The notes beneath the pieces are model-generated. The model saw nothing but the letters and a program-made list of their open reading frames with translations. It was not told the DNA's origin and searched no databases. From NCBI GenBank assembly GCA_977017645.1, contig OZ360229.1:24304001-24368000 (forward strand): 64,000 nt of DNA, given 5' to 3'. This stretch comes from Torpedo marmorata (taxonomy: Eukaryota). Positions 22,534 to 36,277 of this stretch are shown piece by piece. The translations under genes were made by a program, and so were the position numbers. The first letter of the stretch is position 1, and each line of letters begins with the position of its first letter.

Positions 22534-23309
22534 AGATTCTGTGAGAGTCATCATTGTCCTGGTCATTGTCATTTTAACATTCTCATTCCTGGGTTCTAAA
22601 TCCCCCGTGTCTGGATTTTTTTTGTCTGCCATGAACCCTCCAGCCTTGCCTCCCCATACATGTATAACCTGTCTTTGTTCTCCCCCTACCACTATAAGAT
22701 AATCCTCTTCAACCTACTTGCCACTTTAAAGCCCTCCTGACCAGTGGTCACTCTTGACTCTCCAACCTCTATGAAAATGCGCATTCTTGTGTCTGGTTTC
22801 AGAAAGCCCCCACAGTTTAACCATCCCCGACTTTTATAACTCCATCCTGGCGTATCTAACCTCAGCCACCCTGGTTTGTCTTGCCTTTGTTTGTCCTTTC
22901 AATTTCTCCCCACCTGTGTAATTTTCCTTATTCCACACCATCCTTTAGAACTCCAGTCTTCTAGTTCTCTTGTGCAATCCTCACTTAGTGTTCTGTTAAA
23001 CCATTTTTGGTTTCTTTAATTCCCTCCCAGAGCACTTAAATTTCTAACTTGCTGGAGGATTGTGTTTTGCCTATTTTCAAGGGCTGCATTTTTTATTTTT
23101 TGAGTTTGCTTGAAAAGATGAATGGAGATCCTCTTAACAAACGTGCTAAGAAAGAACTTGCTTTCCCTTGGTAGGTTTTTAAATCTTTATAGAGTATCCT
23201 GAAGTGACTGTCAGCCTGTGTTTGAAGTCCTGTTCCTGTTGTACTGTAGTGTGAAATCAGCTAGTTTGCATGGAATGCAAATGAGTCGTGCAGATTAAAT
23301 TTTAAATTT

Positions 23310-23487
23310 TAAAAATTTAAATTAAATTTTAAATTTAGACATACTGCACGGTAACAGGCTATTTCGGCCCACGAGTCTGTGCCACCCAATTTACAACCAA
23401 TTAACCTACACCCCCGGTTTGTTTCGAACGGTGGGAGGAAACCGGAGCTCCCGGGGAAAACCCACGGAGAACGTACAGACTCCTACT
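23310..23487 (-). mobile_element. V-SINE-like SINE, 5'-truncated
   Basis: TTTAAATTTAGACATAC...GGTGGGAGGAAACCGGAGC, the reverse complement of the SINE core and tail. Confidence 0.75.
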
Positions 23488-23924
23488 CAAAATATTGCAC
23501 AAGCTCTTCTGTCGGCCAAACTGAGGAGTTGCTGCTTCACAATAATGTTTTCATCAGATCCTCTCACTAGACTGAACACCTTTACTCCTGTACTGACTAG
23601 ATCAGCCAACCTTGTCTTTGGCTATGGCCCCCTCAGGGCTCTGCTCCATTTATGGGCCCCCTTCCCTGTTAAGGAGTCAAGTTTAGTTAGTTTATTCTGA
23701 CATTAAAAAAATCGATTTCAGTCCGTGCCCCCCCACCTTAAATGTGCAGCCCCCGCTGAGAATGGCTGCTCTAGATCATGGTGGAGCATAAACTCACCAT
23801 GTTATGACTGGAGGGACAGATGCAAGTGTTAGTGTCCAAGATCTCCTCGTAAAGGAGCTCGCATAACATCTAGATGAAGTACGTCTCCTGTTGGAACTGA
23901 ATCGTCCAGCATGAGAGCACTAGT

Positions 23925-24220
23925 GGAGCTGTTGTCTCAACTCCAGCCTCCCGGGTTTAATCCTGATCTGCCGTGGAGTTTGCCGGTTCACCTTGTGACC
24001 GCCAAGGTTTTCCCAGGTTCCTCAGTTTCATGGGCTGTGTGGCCTGCTGGGTTGGTTGTCTGTTGTGAGTTGCCCCTGATGCGTGCATGAGAGAATTTGT
24101 TGGGAGTTAATGGGAATGTGTGGAGAACAAAATGGGATTGGAGTAGAATTAGTGCACAGGTGTCCTTGATAGTGGGCGCAGACTGATGGATTGAAGAATC
24201 TGTTTCTGTGCTGACACTGA
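23925..24220 (+). mobile_element. Older V-SINE/HE1-like SINE
   Basis: GGTTTAATCC B-box-like motif, GGAGTTTG...CCTTGTGACC...GGTTTTCCCAGG core and a CR1-like tail. Confidence 0.5.
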
Positions 24221-25707
24221 GAAAGAGTACACTCGGCAACTTGTTCTTTGTTTACTGTTTGGAGATATCCAATCCGTCCCACTTCCTTCATCATTTTCCC
24301 TATAACCCGAAAATTATTCCCTTTCAAAGTTATTCCCTTTCAAAGTTTTATCCAATCTTTTTTTGAAAGTAAGAAACAGAATGTGCTTCAGGCAGTGAAT
24401 GCATTGCATATCATTGTATAGAATAACATTTTTCCATGATTCCTTTGGTGTTCTGGCCAATTAATCTTTAATCTGTTCCTTCCATCACTGGGAACAGTTT
24501 ATCCTTCTCATTTTTATTAAACCCTTCAAGATTATTATATTAGTAGTGTTATATAACTTTTGCACTGTCTATATAATATTTTGACTTTTTCATTGTTAAC
24601 ACCAAATGGTATTGGTTCCAGATTAAGATGGCCAGTTATCACTTTGTTCCACCTCTTGGCCAGCCTGCAGCCTGGCAACTAGTTCTGCCAACCAGAGATT
24701 GACACACACAGCCTCCTTAATTTGATTGTGGGAAGTGATATACCATTTATTTTTGCTTTCAAAGACGTCAATATGTGAAAACCAACTGGCCGCGGTGATT
24801 TAATCTTTCACTTCTTTCATCGGAAAGCTTAGGCAGTTCTGAGAAGATTTGAAATGAAACCCTCACACATTAACCAGCATATTGATATAGCAAATTCATT
24901 AACCGAACATCTCCCAACATATTTTGCAGATACCTTCTCAAGCAGACTTCCAAGTTGAACACAATTCATGCCCAAAGTTTGGTAAATAAGCTAAGTTTTG
25001 AGGAAAGCCTTAAAGATGAAGAAACATGCCGTGGTTTCAGACAGGGAGCCTGGAGGTGAAGATGTTCTAATGTCCAAGGTTGGGACATCATTGTGATATC
25101 TTGGTGTTGGGAGGCAGTGATGATTGGGAGAATACAAAGGTAATGGATGGGGTAGGGATGGTGGGACTGGGATGGGGTCAAGCCACAAGGGGGAGTTTGA
25201 AAGCAAGGATAAGAATTTTTAAATGGAGGCATTGCTGGCTGGGTTGCTGATGTCGATCACCGAGCTCAGTGAGCTTGTGGGAAACGGAATAAAACTGCGT
25301 GTGCAGGGCTACTCCTGAGATTGTTGGCGGCAACTATGAATGCACCCAGGATTTGGTGCATAAATGGAATCAAATTGTGCTCAGTGGGTCTGCCTGAGGT
25401 AGAAGTTTCTCACAAATATCTAATGAAGAAGTCTCTTGCAAACACATAGAACACAGGCATCAATAAAAATAATACAAACAAACTGCAGGATATGCCTGCA
25501 GCATATTTTGCCATATAATCATATTACAGTTGTACGGTCAAATGAATATAATAAGCCAAAGGGAACCATCTTCTGGCCCTTAGTCTGGTCTTTGTATTGT
25601 ACTTGTATCCTGTGTTGACTAAGTCCTCTATTTTTATTTGGACTTGGGTGACATTTTGCCCCCTTGTTAGTCATTTCTCATAAAACAGTTGCCAAACTCA
25701 TTGAAGC

Positions 25708-26322
25708 AATACACAAAATGCTTGAGACATTCAGTAGGTTGGGAAGCATCCCTGGAAGTCAGTAGATGGTCAACGTTTCGGGCTGTAGCCCTTCATCAGG
25801 AATAGCAGGAAATGGGCAGAAGCCTGACTAAGATGGTTTGGGTGGGAAAGGGAGGAACATGGGCTGGCAGGTTCTAGGTGAATACAGGTGAGAGGGGGAA
25901 AATGAGGGGGGGGGGGAGTAAGAAGCCAGCAGGTGATGGGAGGAAGAGGCAGCGGGCAGAGGAAGGAAGGGAAGGGGTGGGGAGCTAGATGAAGGATGGT
26001 GACGGTCTGGCAGAGAAGGCACAAGAAGGAGAAATGGGGCCAGACAGATTGGGAAAGCAAAGGGGAAGGGGTTGTGAAAACAAGAGGTGAGGTTACTGGA
26101 AATCGGAGGTCAATGTCGATGTTATCTAGTTGGAGACTGCCAGAACAGAATACGAGGTTCTATTCCTCCAATTTGTGTGTGGCCTCAACTTGGCAGTACA
26201 GTAGGCTGTAGATTGACATGTCAGTGTGGGAATGGGAAGTGGAATTGAAGTAGTGGGCCACTGTGAGATCCTGGCTATTGTGGCGGACAGAGCGAAGGTG
26301 CTCAATGAAGTAATTTCCCCCA
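25708..26322 (-). mobile_element. Penelope-like element 3' fragment (GIY-YIG end plus tail)
   Basis: Homologous to 57900-58575. Contains CCTGATGAAGGGCTACAGCCCGAAACGTTG on the minus strand at 25770-25800. Confidence 0.75.
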
Positions 26323-27283
26323 ATTTGTGGAACTCACTGAATAATCCATCATGGCATTTTGATCCTGCAGAGTTCATTCCCTTCGTTAACATACTCACCC
26401 ATACACAGGGTCCCTTATACAGTAAAACTCCTGGTATCTGGAATTCAATCAACTGGCAGCCTCAAGCAACTGGCAAAAAAATTGAGGTAAATAAATAAAT
26501 AAAAAATAAGATAAATAAGAATGAAATAATAGGTAAAAAATACGTAAGTTTAAAATTGTAAAAGTAAATGTTCTCTGAAGTAACACATAAACCTTTGGTG
26601 AAGATGGGAGCAAATATTCAGCCAGCGGAGTGCCTTGGTCGTGCTTTGCTCGTAGCAGCTGTTTGAATAAAGTTGTGTGAAACAGCAATGGCATCGCCCA
26701 GGATGAAGAGCTGCCGTTGGGATGACTCTTACTGCTTAGTAAGAATCACCCCAGTTAGAGGCTTTGTCTATAAACTTGGGGGAGGGGGAGTTAATTATCT
26801 ATAATGTTATTGTTCGCCTTTTGGGTGGCCCCGTGGAGGAGGAGGAACCTGCCGATGCAGTGACGGTTAAATGTTTTCAAAGAATGTTACTGAAAATAAA
26901 GTAAAATGCTTTAAGGTTTATATTGTAGCGGCCCGCGAGCTGATCGGCGACCCGCCGCACAAAATGGCGGTCGAACTCGGCGATCGCGCCAGGACCACAG
27001 GGACTAAACGGCCTTCTTGCAGCAGCTCCAGTCGACTGGCGGGAAACGACGAGCACCGGCGGGTAAACCGACCAATCAGTGGCCGGCCCGTCGGTGACGT
27101 CATCTCCGCCGGAAGAGGCGGGTCTCTGGGTCTGCTGGCCCTATATAAGGCAGAGCCAGAGCCCTAATAAACCAGACTCACTTATACTCACCTCGTTTGT
27201 GTGTGTGTGATTCTTCTCGACGCAGCCGCAGCACGCTACATTGGTGACCCCGATGGGTCTGAACGGTGTTTTCAGACCCAGCG

Positions 27284-27950
27284 ATGACGGACCAGGCAAG
27301 CATCCACGCGGTCGCCCTGAAGCTACCGACCTTCTGGACAACACAGCCACAGGTCTGGTTCAAGCAAGTCGAGGCTCAATTCCAGATCCGACAGATCTCC
27401 TCCAACGCCACTCGGTACTACTACGTGGTGAGCTCGCTGGATCAAGACACAGCGGCCAGAATCGTCGACTTCCTCCGGCACCCACCAGAGCAAGGGAAGT
27501 ATGAGGCCATGAAAGAGCTGTTGACCTGCACCTTCGGGCTCTCAAAGCGCGAGCGCGCAGCCCGATTGTTGCACATGGTCGGGTTGGGGGACAGGGCCCC
27601 ATCCGTCCTCATGGGCGAGATGTTAGCGCTCGCCGATGGCCATAAACCTTGCCTGATCTTCGAGCAGATATTCTTGGAGCTATTGCCAGAGGATATCCGA
27701 TTGCTGCTGGCTGACGAGGATTCAACGACCTAAGGAAGGTGGCAGCCCAGGCAGACGTGCTCTGGAAATCGAAGAGGCACTTTGACGTTGTGGTGGAGTA
27801 CATCGCCAAGCCCCGCATGCAGCGAGCGACAAGGCCGCCGGCCACACGCGACAGCCAAATGGACACTGCGGGTGAGCAGTGCTGTTTCTACCACCAGCGA
27901 TGGGGTGCGGAGGCCCGCTGATGCCGCCCACCCTGCGCGTTTCTGGGAAA
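27284..27950 (+). pseudogene. Gypsy gag, disrupted, with a CHCC motif
   Basis: ALKLPTFWTTQPQVWFKQVEAQF at the N-terminus. CFYHQRWGAEAR*CRPPC (Cx2Hx9Cx3C) at 27883-27936 contains a stop, and there is a frameshift near 27725. Confidence 0.85.
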
Positions 27951-30900
27951 TGCCACGGCCGGCCGTCGTTAATGGCTGTGGCAGTTGGCCAACGAGACAG
28001 CCTGCTCCACGTGTGGGATTCACTGTCAGGACGGCGGCTCTTGGTCGACACCGGAGCCGAAGTCAGCGTCCTCCCGCCCTCGGCACATGACATCCGCAAC
28101 AAGCGGCCAGGCCCGTCGTTGAGAGCAGCAAACTGCTCCACCATAAGGATGATCGACACGCGTACCGTGCCGCTCCGTTTCAGCGACAGCCGATTCACGT
28201 GGACTTTTACACTCGCCGCAGTGGAACAACCACTCCTGGGGGTGAATTTCCTCAGGGCATATTGCCTACTGGTGGATCTCAAAGGGCGAAGGCTGGTCCA
28301 CGCTAAGACCTTCCAGTCCTTTCCCCTGAGGAAAGCCGAGTTACCCGCCCCCAACCTCCATTCCGTCACCGCCGACCGCAATGAGTCCTCGTGAATCCTC
28401 GCCGGATTCCCATCTATCGCGGTACCACAGTTCACCTCCGCCGGGCCCAAACACGGGGTGCAACACCACATCCTTACCGAGGGCCCTCCCCTCCACGCTA
28501 GGGCATGCCACCTGCCCCCGAAAAGCTGAGCTTAGCCAAAGAGGAGTTCAGGAAGATGGAGGAACTGGGGATTGTGCACAGGTCCGACAACCCCTGGGCA
28601 TCCCCCCTACACATAGTGCCAAAAGCAGCAGGAGGGTGGAGACCGTGCAGGGACTTCTGACACCTGAATGAGGCAACCACGCCAGACCGATACCCCGTGC
28701 CCCACATACAGGATTTCACCGCAAACTTACAGGGAGCACGGGTCTTCTCCAAGGTTGACCTCATCAGATGCTACCACCAGATCCCGGTCCACCCCGAGGA
28801 CATAGCTAAAACCGCCATCATAACACCCTTTGGTTTGTTTGAGTTCCTAAGGATGCCCTTTGGGCTAAAAAACGTGGCTCAAACGTTCCAGAGGTCGATG
28901 GACAGGGTGGGCCGGCACCTCGATTTCGTATTCAGCTACCTCGATGACATACTGGTGGCTAGCCGCAACCGCGAAGAACATGCGACGCACATACGGCAGC
29001 TGTGCTCCCGCCTCAGAGACTTCAGCCTGACCATCATCCCGGCCAAGTGCCAGTTCGGGCTAGACACTATTGACTTCCTGGGCCACAGGATTAGCAAACA
29101 CGGGGTGACACTGCTACCTGAGAAGGAAGAGGCTGTCAGGTGCTTCAGCAAGCCACACATGGTGAAGGGCCTCCAGGAGTTCGCCGGTATGATCAACTTT
29201 TACCGCCGTTTCATACCGGCGGCAGCCCGCATCATGCGCCCGCTTATTCGCCTTGATGGCTGGCAAGAAGAAAGAGGTGGAGTGGGACAAGGAAGCATTG
29301 GAAGCGTTCCAGAGGGCCAAAGACGCCCTGGCCAATGCCACACTTCTGGTGCACCCGCGGACAGACGCCCCGACTGCCCTCACGACAGATGCCTCCAACA
29401 CAGTGGTTGCAGGGGTACTTGAGCAACAGGTGGATGGACAATGTCAGCCCTTAGCCTTCTTCAGCAGGCATCTGCGGTCACCCGAGCTCAAGTACAGTGC
29501 TTTCGACCGGGAACTGCTAGCTCTTTACCTAGCGGTACGACACTTCCGATACTTCCTAGAGGGCAGGCAGTTCACGATTTTCACCAATCACAAACCACTG
29601 ACCTTCGCCTTCAACAAGGTGTCGGACCCATGGTCGGCCAGTCAACAAAGGCACCTGTCCTATATATCCGAGTTCACCACGGATATTCAACATATCGCCG
29701 GAAAGACTAATGTGGTTGCTGATGCTTTATCACGCCCTACAATCCAGGCAAAACAGGCACTGTCCCAAGGGGTCAACTTCACAGCGTTGGCCCAAGCACA
29801 GCTGCAAGACCCTGAGATCCCCACGTACAGAACGGCGGTGACAGGATTTAAACTAGAAGACATCGCCATTGGGCCCGGCAGCCAGACTCTACTCTGCGAC
29901 ATGTCAACGGGTAAACCCGGCCCCGTCGTCCCCGCGGCATGGAGACTCCTAACGTTTGACACGGTGCATAACCTGGTGCACCCGTCGATTAAGACCATGG
30001 TCAGGATGGTAGCCAACAGGTTCGTGTGGCACGGTCTCCAGAAACAAGTCAGCCAGTGGGCAAGAACCTGCACACACTGCCAGACGTCTAAGGTACAGAC
30101 GCATGTCAAGGCGACCCCCCCCCCCCAAATCATTCGAGCCGGCACGACGGAGGTTCAGCCATGTCCACGTTGACATCGTTGGCCCCCTGCTGGTATCGAG
30201 AGGGGCGTGGTACCTACTGACAATGGTAGACCGCCTTACGAGGTGGCCGAAAGTGGTTCCGCTGGCAGAGACCTCAACGGGGACTTGTGCCAGAGCCCTC
30301 ATCGACACATGGGTGGCTTGATTCGGAGTCCCGGAACACCTGACTTCTGACAGGGGTGCGCAGTTCACTTCGGGATTCTGGACAACCATAGCTAACCTCT
30401 TGGGAACCCTGCTCCACCACACCACGGTTTACCACTCCCAGGCCAACGGACTGGTAGAGCGGTTCCACCGGTACCTGAAGGCAGCCCTGATGGCCCGCCT
30501 TAAAGGACCACGCTGGACAGACGAACTACCGTGGGTACTTCTGGGAATCCGAACGTCGCCCAAAGAGGACCTCGATACCTTGGCAGCGGAGTTGGTGTAC
30601 GGCGCACCCCTGGTTATCCCTGGCAAGTTCCTGGCCAGTGCCAGGGGCACAGATGACACACCGGCGGCTACCCTCAAAAGGCTCTGAGAGCGGCTGGGGA
30701 CACTGGCCCCATCACAAAACACACCGCACGGCCACCCGAAGACTCATGTGCCCAAGGACCTACTCAACTGCAGGTTTGTTTTTGTGCGACGAGGAGCACA
30801 TCGGCCGCCGCTGCAATGACCTTACGAGGGGCCCTACAAGGTGATCCAGCACAACGGATCAACATGTGTGCTGGACATCGGAGGCAAGGAAGAGACATTC

Positions 30901-31010
30901 ACAATAGACTGCCTTAAGCCAGCACACATCGACGCCAGTCAACCGGTCATCACACCAGCCCCACGCCGCAGAGGCAGGCCGCCGAAAGCACGGGACACCG
31001 CCACGATCGC
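27950..31010 (+). pseudogene. Gypsy pol (PR-RT-RNase H-IN) with multiple frameshifts and stops
   Basis: LVDTGAEVSV, RMPFGLKN, YLDDILV, TDAS, YSAFDRELLA, HPSIK...CTHC, QANGLVERFH and YEGPY. Confidence 0.9.
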
Positions 31011-32351
31011 CGATTCTGGTGGGGAGTCGTGTAGCGGCCCACGAGCCGATCAGCAACCTGCCGCACAAAATGGCGGTCGAACTCGGCGATCGCGCCAGGA
31101 CCACAGGGACTAAATAGCCTTCTTGCAGCAGCTCCAGTCGACCGGCGGGAAACGACGAGCACCGGCGGGAAAACCGACCAATCAGTGGCCGGCCCGTCGG
31201 TGACGTCATCTCTGCCGGAAGAGGCGGGTCTCCGGGTCTGCTTCTCGATGCAGCCGCAGCGCTACAACATGCAAGTGAAGTTTGTTCAGTGTGAGTACAG
31301 AATAGTATTTTTGTCTTTTAAACTGTTTATTCTTAATGCAGGTTTATTAGTTAGGCATTGTAAGAGTAAGTCTCAAGTAACTGGAAAAAACACTTATCCG
31401 GCATCTACCAATCCCCATAGATGCTGCATACCAGGGGGTTTTCTGTAATTGCATTTAATTGCCCATCCCTAATTGCCCTCAAAATTTGTGCAATTGTATT
31501 TGGCAGTCATCAGCCATCTGGGTTCTATGGCCAGGAATCCCCTCTTTTAAGTGTCTGCTCATTTCTCTTGACCTCTCCAATGAACTTTATTTTTGGACAA
31601 GATGTCAAATCGAGGCCCTGTTTGCTCCAATGATCATCTGGCACTACTTGTTAAAACCACGGGAACTTCTGTTATCCTGACTATTTTTTATCTGGAGACG
31701 AACAGATTTTAAATTGCATTTTAAAAAATCAACATCCGATTATTATTTGAGAGACCTTGAGTATGTTTAAAAAAAAGTCTCCCAAGTTCCTCACTCAGTA
31801 CTTTTGAGAGATCCCGAGGTTGTGCGATTTGCTGTTTAAATCCAAGTTCTTTCTGGTTTTCCTTTTAATTGAAGATTTCTTTAACTCCATCTTATTCACT
31901 ACTCACTCAATACCTCTACTATTTATTCTTTTGAGGCAATCCCAGCTCACTTTTAATATATCCTTGCTAACTTGCTGATCTGTTGAACATGGTTATTCTT
32001 TATTGTCTCATCATCATCTTGCCATGATTTCATTACCTTGTTCTTATTTTGTAATCTTTATGATATTTTTAAGTACTTTTGTCAAACCTGTAGGGCCAAA
32101 ATGAAGAACCCTTTAATTTAACTTGTTATCTGCGACATTCTGAGATTTGAAGCAGTTTCTCTTTTAATGGTAGATGTTAATCCTGTGTAATTTGCAATCC
32201 CAATGTTTAAAAATATCTAGTTGTTGGTCCAGAGTCTGACGTGCTGATTTATTTCCTTCTTTCTGTTCAATTAGTTCAGTCTCCTTCCTAATCTGTTTGA
32301 ACCCATGCTGGAGTCCTGATTTTTTGTAATAACTTTCCTTTCTGTTCGTTT

Positions 32352-33566
32352 TTCAAAATCAGAATTTATTGTCGTGAGCGTGTCACAAAATTTGTTGTTT
32401 TGCGGCAGCATTACAGGAGTAAAATTGCTATAAATTACATTTAAAAAAAATAAATGAATTAGTGCAAAAAGAAGAGAAAAATTAGGTAGTGTCTGTGGTT
32501 CATTGTTCATTCAGAAACCTGATGGACGAGGGGAAGAAGCTGTTTTTGTACCTTTGAGTCTTCAGACTCCTGTACCTCCTTCCGGATGGTAGCAGTGAGG
32601 GCATGGCCTGGGGGTGAGGGTCCTTGAGGATAGAGGCTGCTTTCTTGAGACACCGCCTCTTGTAAATGTCCTTAATGGAGTGAAGACTGATGCCCATGAT
32701 GGCGCTGGCAGAGTCTTTTCCTGTCCCGTGCATTGGCACCTCCGTACCAGACAGTGAAGCAACAAGTCAGAATGCTCTCTACTGTACACCTGTAGAAATT
32801 TGCAAGAGTCTTTGGTAACATACCAAACCTCCTCAAACTCCTCACAAGGTATAGCCACTGGCGAGCCTTCTTCATGGTGCCATCGACGTGGAGGCTCCAA
32901 GAAAGATCTTGAGAGATGTTGACACCCAGCAATTTGAAGTTCTTAATCCTTTCCACTGTCGACCCCTCGATGAGAACTGGTTTGTGTTCTCCTGATTTCC
33001 CCCTCCTGAAGTATACAATAAGTTCCTTAGTTTTGCTAACTTTGAGTGCAAGTTTGTTGTTGTGACACCATTCATCCAGCTGACCTATCTCACTCCTGTA
33101 CGCTTCCTCATTGCCTTCTGTGATTCTGCCGACAACCGCGGTGTCCTCGTCAAATTTGTAGATGACATTTGAATTGTGCCTAGCCACAGAGTCATGAGTG
33201 TAGAACATGTAGAGCATGCATCCTTGAGGTGCGCCTGTGTTGATTGTCAGTGAGGAGGACATGTTGTTTCCGATTCATACTGACTGTGGTCTTCTGATGA
33301 GGAAGTCAAGGATCCAGTTCCAGAAGGAGGTGCAGAGGCCCAGGCTTTGAAGCTTGCTGACCAGTACTGAGGGTATGATTAAGTTGAAAGCCGAGCTGTA
33401 GTCAATGAAGAGTAGCTTGATGTACATGTTGCTGTTTTTCAGGTGATCCAGGGCTGAGTGGAGAGCCAGTGAGATTGCATCTGCTGTGGAGAGATTATAG
33501 CAGTAGGCAAATTGTAGTGGGTCCAGGTCTTAGGTACGAATTAATTCTGGCCATGACCAACCTCTC
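32352..33566 (-). mobile_element. Rex1/Babar-like LINE 3' fragment (RT, decayed)
   Basis: INTGAPQGC, YKFDEDTAVVGRI (degenerate FADD) and FYRCTVESILT..WYG, with a 3' tail at 32352. Confidence 0.85.
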
Positions 33567-34464
33567 ATTACTACTCATCTTCCTTCACTCTACTTCTACT
33601 ACATTTAACTTCTTCTACTACTTATAACACTCGTTACTATCATCACCAATCCTAAGATAGCCCCCCATATTTAACCTTGTGCCTCATCAATGGACCCACA
33701 AACACCTTTCCCCTTGTATAAACACTTTGTTTGCAGACAGAAGAAGACATTTGCTTTTCAAAATTTATTCCCTTTTCTCTTTTAATTTTATGCTGAACTC
33801 AATCAATATGCCTCAATATTAGATGCATAGGTAAAAATTCATCAAAGCATGTGGGGTGATGGGAGAGGAGAAATGTGACAAAAGATAACAGGAGCCAGGC
33901 TCAGAACTGGTAAAACATGTGTTTGGTCCAAGGCAAATGCCTCCAAATTAATTACTGGTGAATAGTGCTAAATGAGATGATTATTGTGACCGTGTGTTCT
34001 AGTTTTTAAACTTGATTCCATTGACTTTAATATTGCTGATTAGGGAAGAATTTTTAACAGGAAGGATTGCATGGCTTGGTCTGATTGCCGCATTGTTGGA
34101 GGTTCTGTCTTTCAGATGAGGCATGAAAACTGATCTGACTGTTTGATCAGGTTGATCAGAGGCGTGACATTGGAATGGGTAGGGAGTTCTCCCTTCTTTC
34201 CAAAGAATTATTGTTCACTCACACCCAAAACGTAGATAAAGATGGGTACAGAGCGCAGGAACATTTGGTATAGCTCCTCCAGCACACCACATCCAGTTTG
34301 GTTATGGTTGACCTGCCCTGGTCCCTTAACAAACATCGCTTCAATTTGAAATTTTGAGTTGATCCTCAGCCTCCATAGAGAATTGCAGATTCCCTTCGTG
34401 AATATGTACTTTCTGATCTTGCTGTGTGGTTGAGCACTGACTGTAAAGTTTAAATTTTAAAATT

Positions 34465-34725
34465 TTCAATTAAAATTTTTTAAATTTAGACATACAGCAC
34501 AGTAACAGGCCCTTTCAGCCCACGAGCTCGTGCCGTCCCAATTACACCCAATTAACCTAAAACCCCCGGTACGTTTTGAAGGGTGGGAAAAATCCGGAGC
34601 ACCCGGAGGAAACCCACGCAGACATGAGGAGAACGTACAAACTCTTTACAGACAGCGCCAGATTTGAACCCAGGTTGCTGTCGCTGTAATAGTGTTGCAC
34701 TAAACATTATGCTAACTGTGCTGCA
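34465..34725 (-). mobile_element. V-SINE-like SINE
   Basis: Reverse complement of the 35361-35612 copy. Confidence 0.8.
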
Positions 34726-35360
34726 TCTCCCCAAGGAGGAAATGGTTTCTTTCTATCTGGTCCATCAAGTGTATTTGTGGAATCTTGCTGTGCAAATGAT
34801 TGCCTCATTGTCTAGGTAATGGTCACACTTCACCATAATTCATTGCATGTGAAGGTCGTAGAGAGGCGTTTCAAGGAAACGTTATATAATCAACAGGTTA
34901 TTTTATAATTTAATATCTTTAACTCTTTGCAGAGTTTACACGATTGGTTAGTGTTTTTCAGTAAAGAAGAACTATATAAATAGTAAAAGACTGCCTGAGA
35001 GGAAACGGCCCTTTGTGCCCGAGAGAAGCACAGCTTGGAGTTTTGATGTGCCAGCAGTCCCAGTGTGAGTCTAGCAATGGATACATTTAAAGAACAAATA
35101 GGAAAGCCCTTGGGTCAATGAGATATTTACATAGCTCTGGTTGTGCTGTGAAATACCTGTCAGCGCTGAGACTATTCTCGCTGCAGTGCCCGTGTGCATG
35201 CGCTCTACTGAACGTTGGGACGAGAGGATGCTGCCTTGGCCATTGCACTGTCTGTCAGAAATGCAGCCTGATGCTACGTTTTAATGGTGCAGGGTGAATG
35301 GCACGGGATGATGTGAAGTGTCCCTCGCTCGCACCTACCTCTGCATCTGGTACAAAGTAA

Positions 35361-35612
35361 GGCGGCACGGTTAATGCAGCGGTTAGCGCAGCGCTGTTAC
35401 AGCGCCAACGATCGGGACCGGGGTTCGAATCCAGCGCTGTCTACAAGGAGTTTGTACGTTCTCCCCGTGTCTGTGTGGGTTTCCTCCGGGTGCTCCGGTT
35501 TCCTCCCACCTTTCAAAAACATACCAGGGGTTGAAGGTCAATTAGGTGTAATTGGGCGGCATGGGCTCGTGGGCCGGACGGCCCTGTTACTGTGCTGTAT
35601 GCCTAAATTTAA
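35361..35612 (+). mobile_element. Full-length V-SINE-like tRNA-derived SINE
   Basis: GGCGGCACGG head, GGTTCGAATCC B-box, GGGTTTCCTCCGGGTGCTCCGGTTTCCTCCCAC core and CTAAATTTAAA tail. Confidence 0.85.
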
Positions 35613-36277
35613 ATTCAAGTGTTTTGGCTTCACCCCTTCCCTTGTACCACTATGTACCCATCTGAGATTTCTGCAATGCTTCAGTCTGGTCTCCTGTGCA
35701 TCCTTCAGTTTCCTCCCTCCTATTAATGGTAGCCACGTTTCAGCTCTGTAAACTTCTGGAATTCCTTCTTCACTCTTCATTTCATCTTCCCTAAAACCTA
35801 CCTCTTTCACTTTAATGTCTCGCAATTTGGACGTATCACATTTTGTTACATTACGCCTATGAAGGACTTTGGGATCTTTTACTATAATGAACACTCCACA
35901 CACTTAGTTGTCCCTGTGGTCCCAATACAATGTGCCATTAAAGTTGCAAGGAGCCTCATATGGAGCCCAAACAGAGCCACTTTATTTCACATTGCAGTAG
36001 AACCCAATGCTTTCTTCACTGTGTGGTAATTCAGCATCCCATGAAGTAATTCAAGGAATGAATGTCCCAGATTTCAATCCTCCTCTGTGAGATTCTCCAC
36101 ACAAGGGAAGTCCTGCAAGTTCCTGTGCTGGAGTGAAAGATTTGTAGGGGGAGGGGAGGGGGGTGGGGGTTTGAGCAGAGAAGTGGATTGAAGCCTCACA
36201 GCAGTGCATGCAGGTGAGTGAGAGAAAGGTGGCTTGAATTTATTTCTTTCTACAAATCTGCCTGATGAGCAACACAA

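Larger units (their letters stand above)
26924..31266 (+). mobile_element. Decayed Ty3/Gypsy LTR retrotransposon, CsRn1/Kabuki-like
   Basis: TG...CA LTRs at 26924-27240 and 31030-31266. PBS TGGTGACCCCGA (tRNA-Trp type) at 27242, PPT about 31017-31029, 4-bp TSD ATAT/ACAT. Domain order is Gag-PR-RT-RH-IN. Confidence 0.93.
26420..31445. mobile_element. Tigger/pogo-like non-autonomous DNA transposon split by the Gypsy insertion (pieces 26420-26923 and 31267-31445)
   Basis: TA-CAGTAAAACTCCTGGTATC ... GCATACCAGGGGGTTTTCTG-TA, with termini shared with 1463-1682. Confidence 0.7.

Noticed and set aside
35361-35440. tRNA-like sequence with a GGTTCGAATCC B-box
   Set aside because: It is the head of a SINE, followed directly by the V-core, not a tRNA gene.
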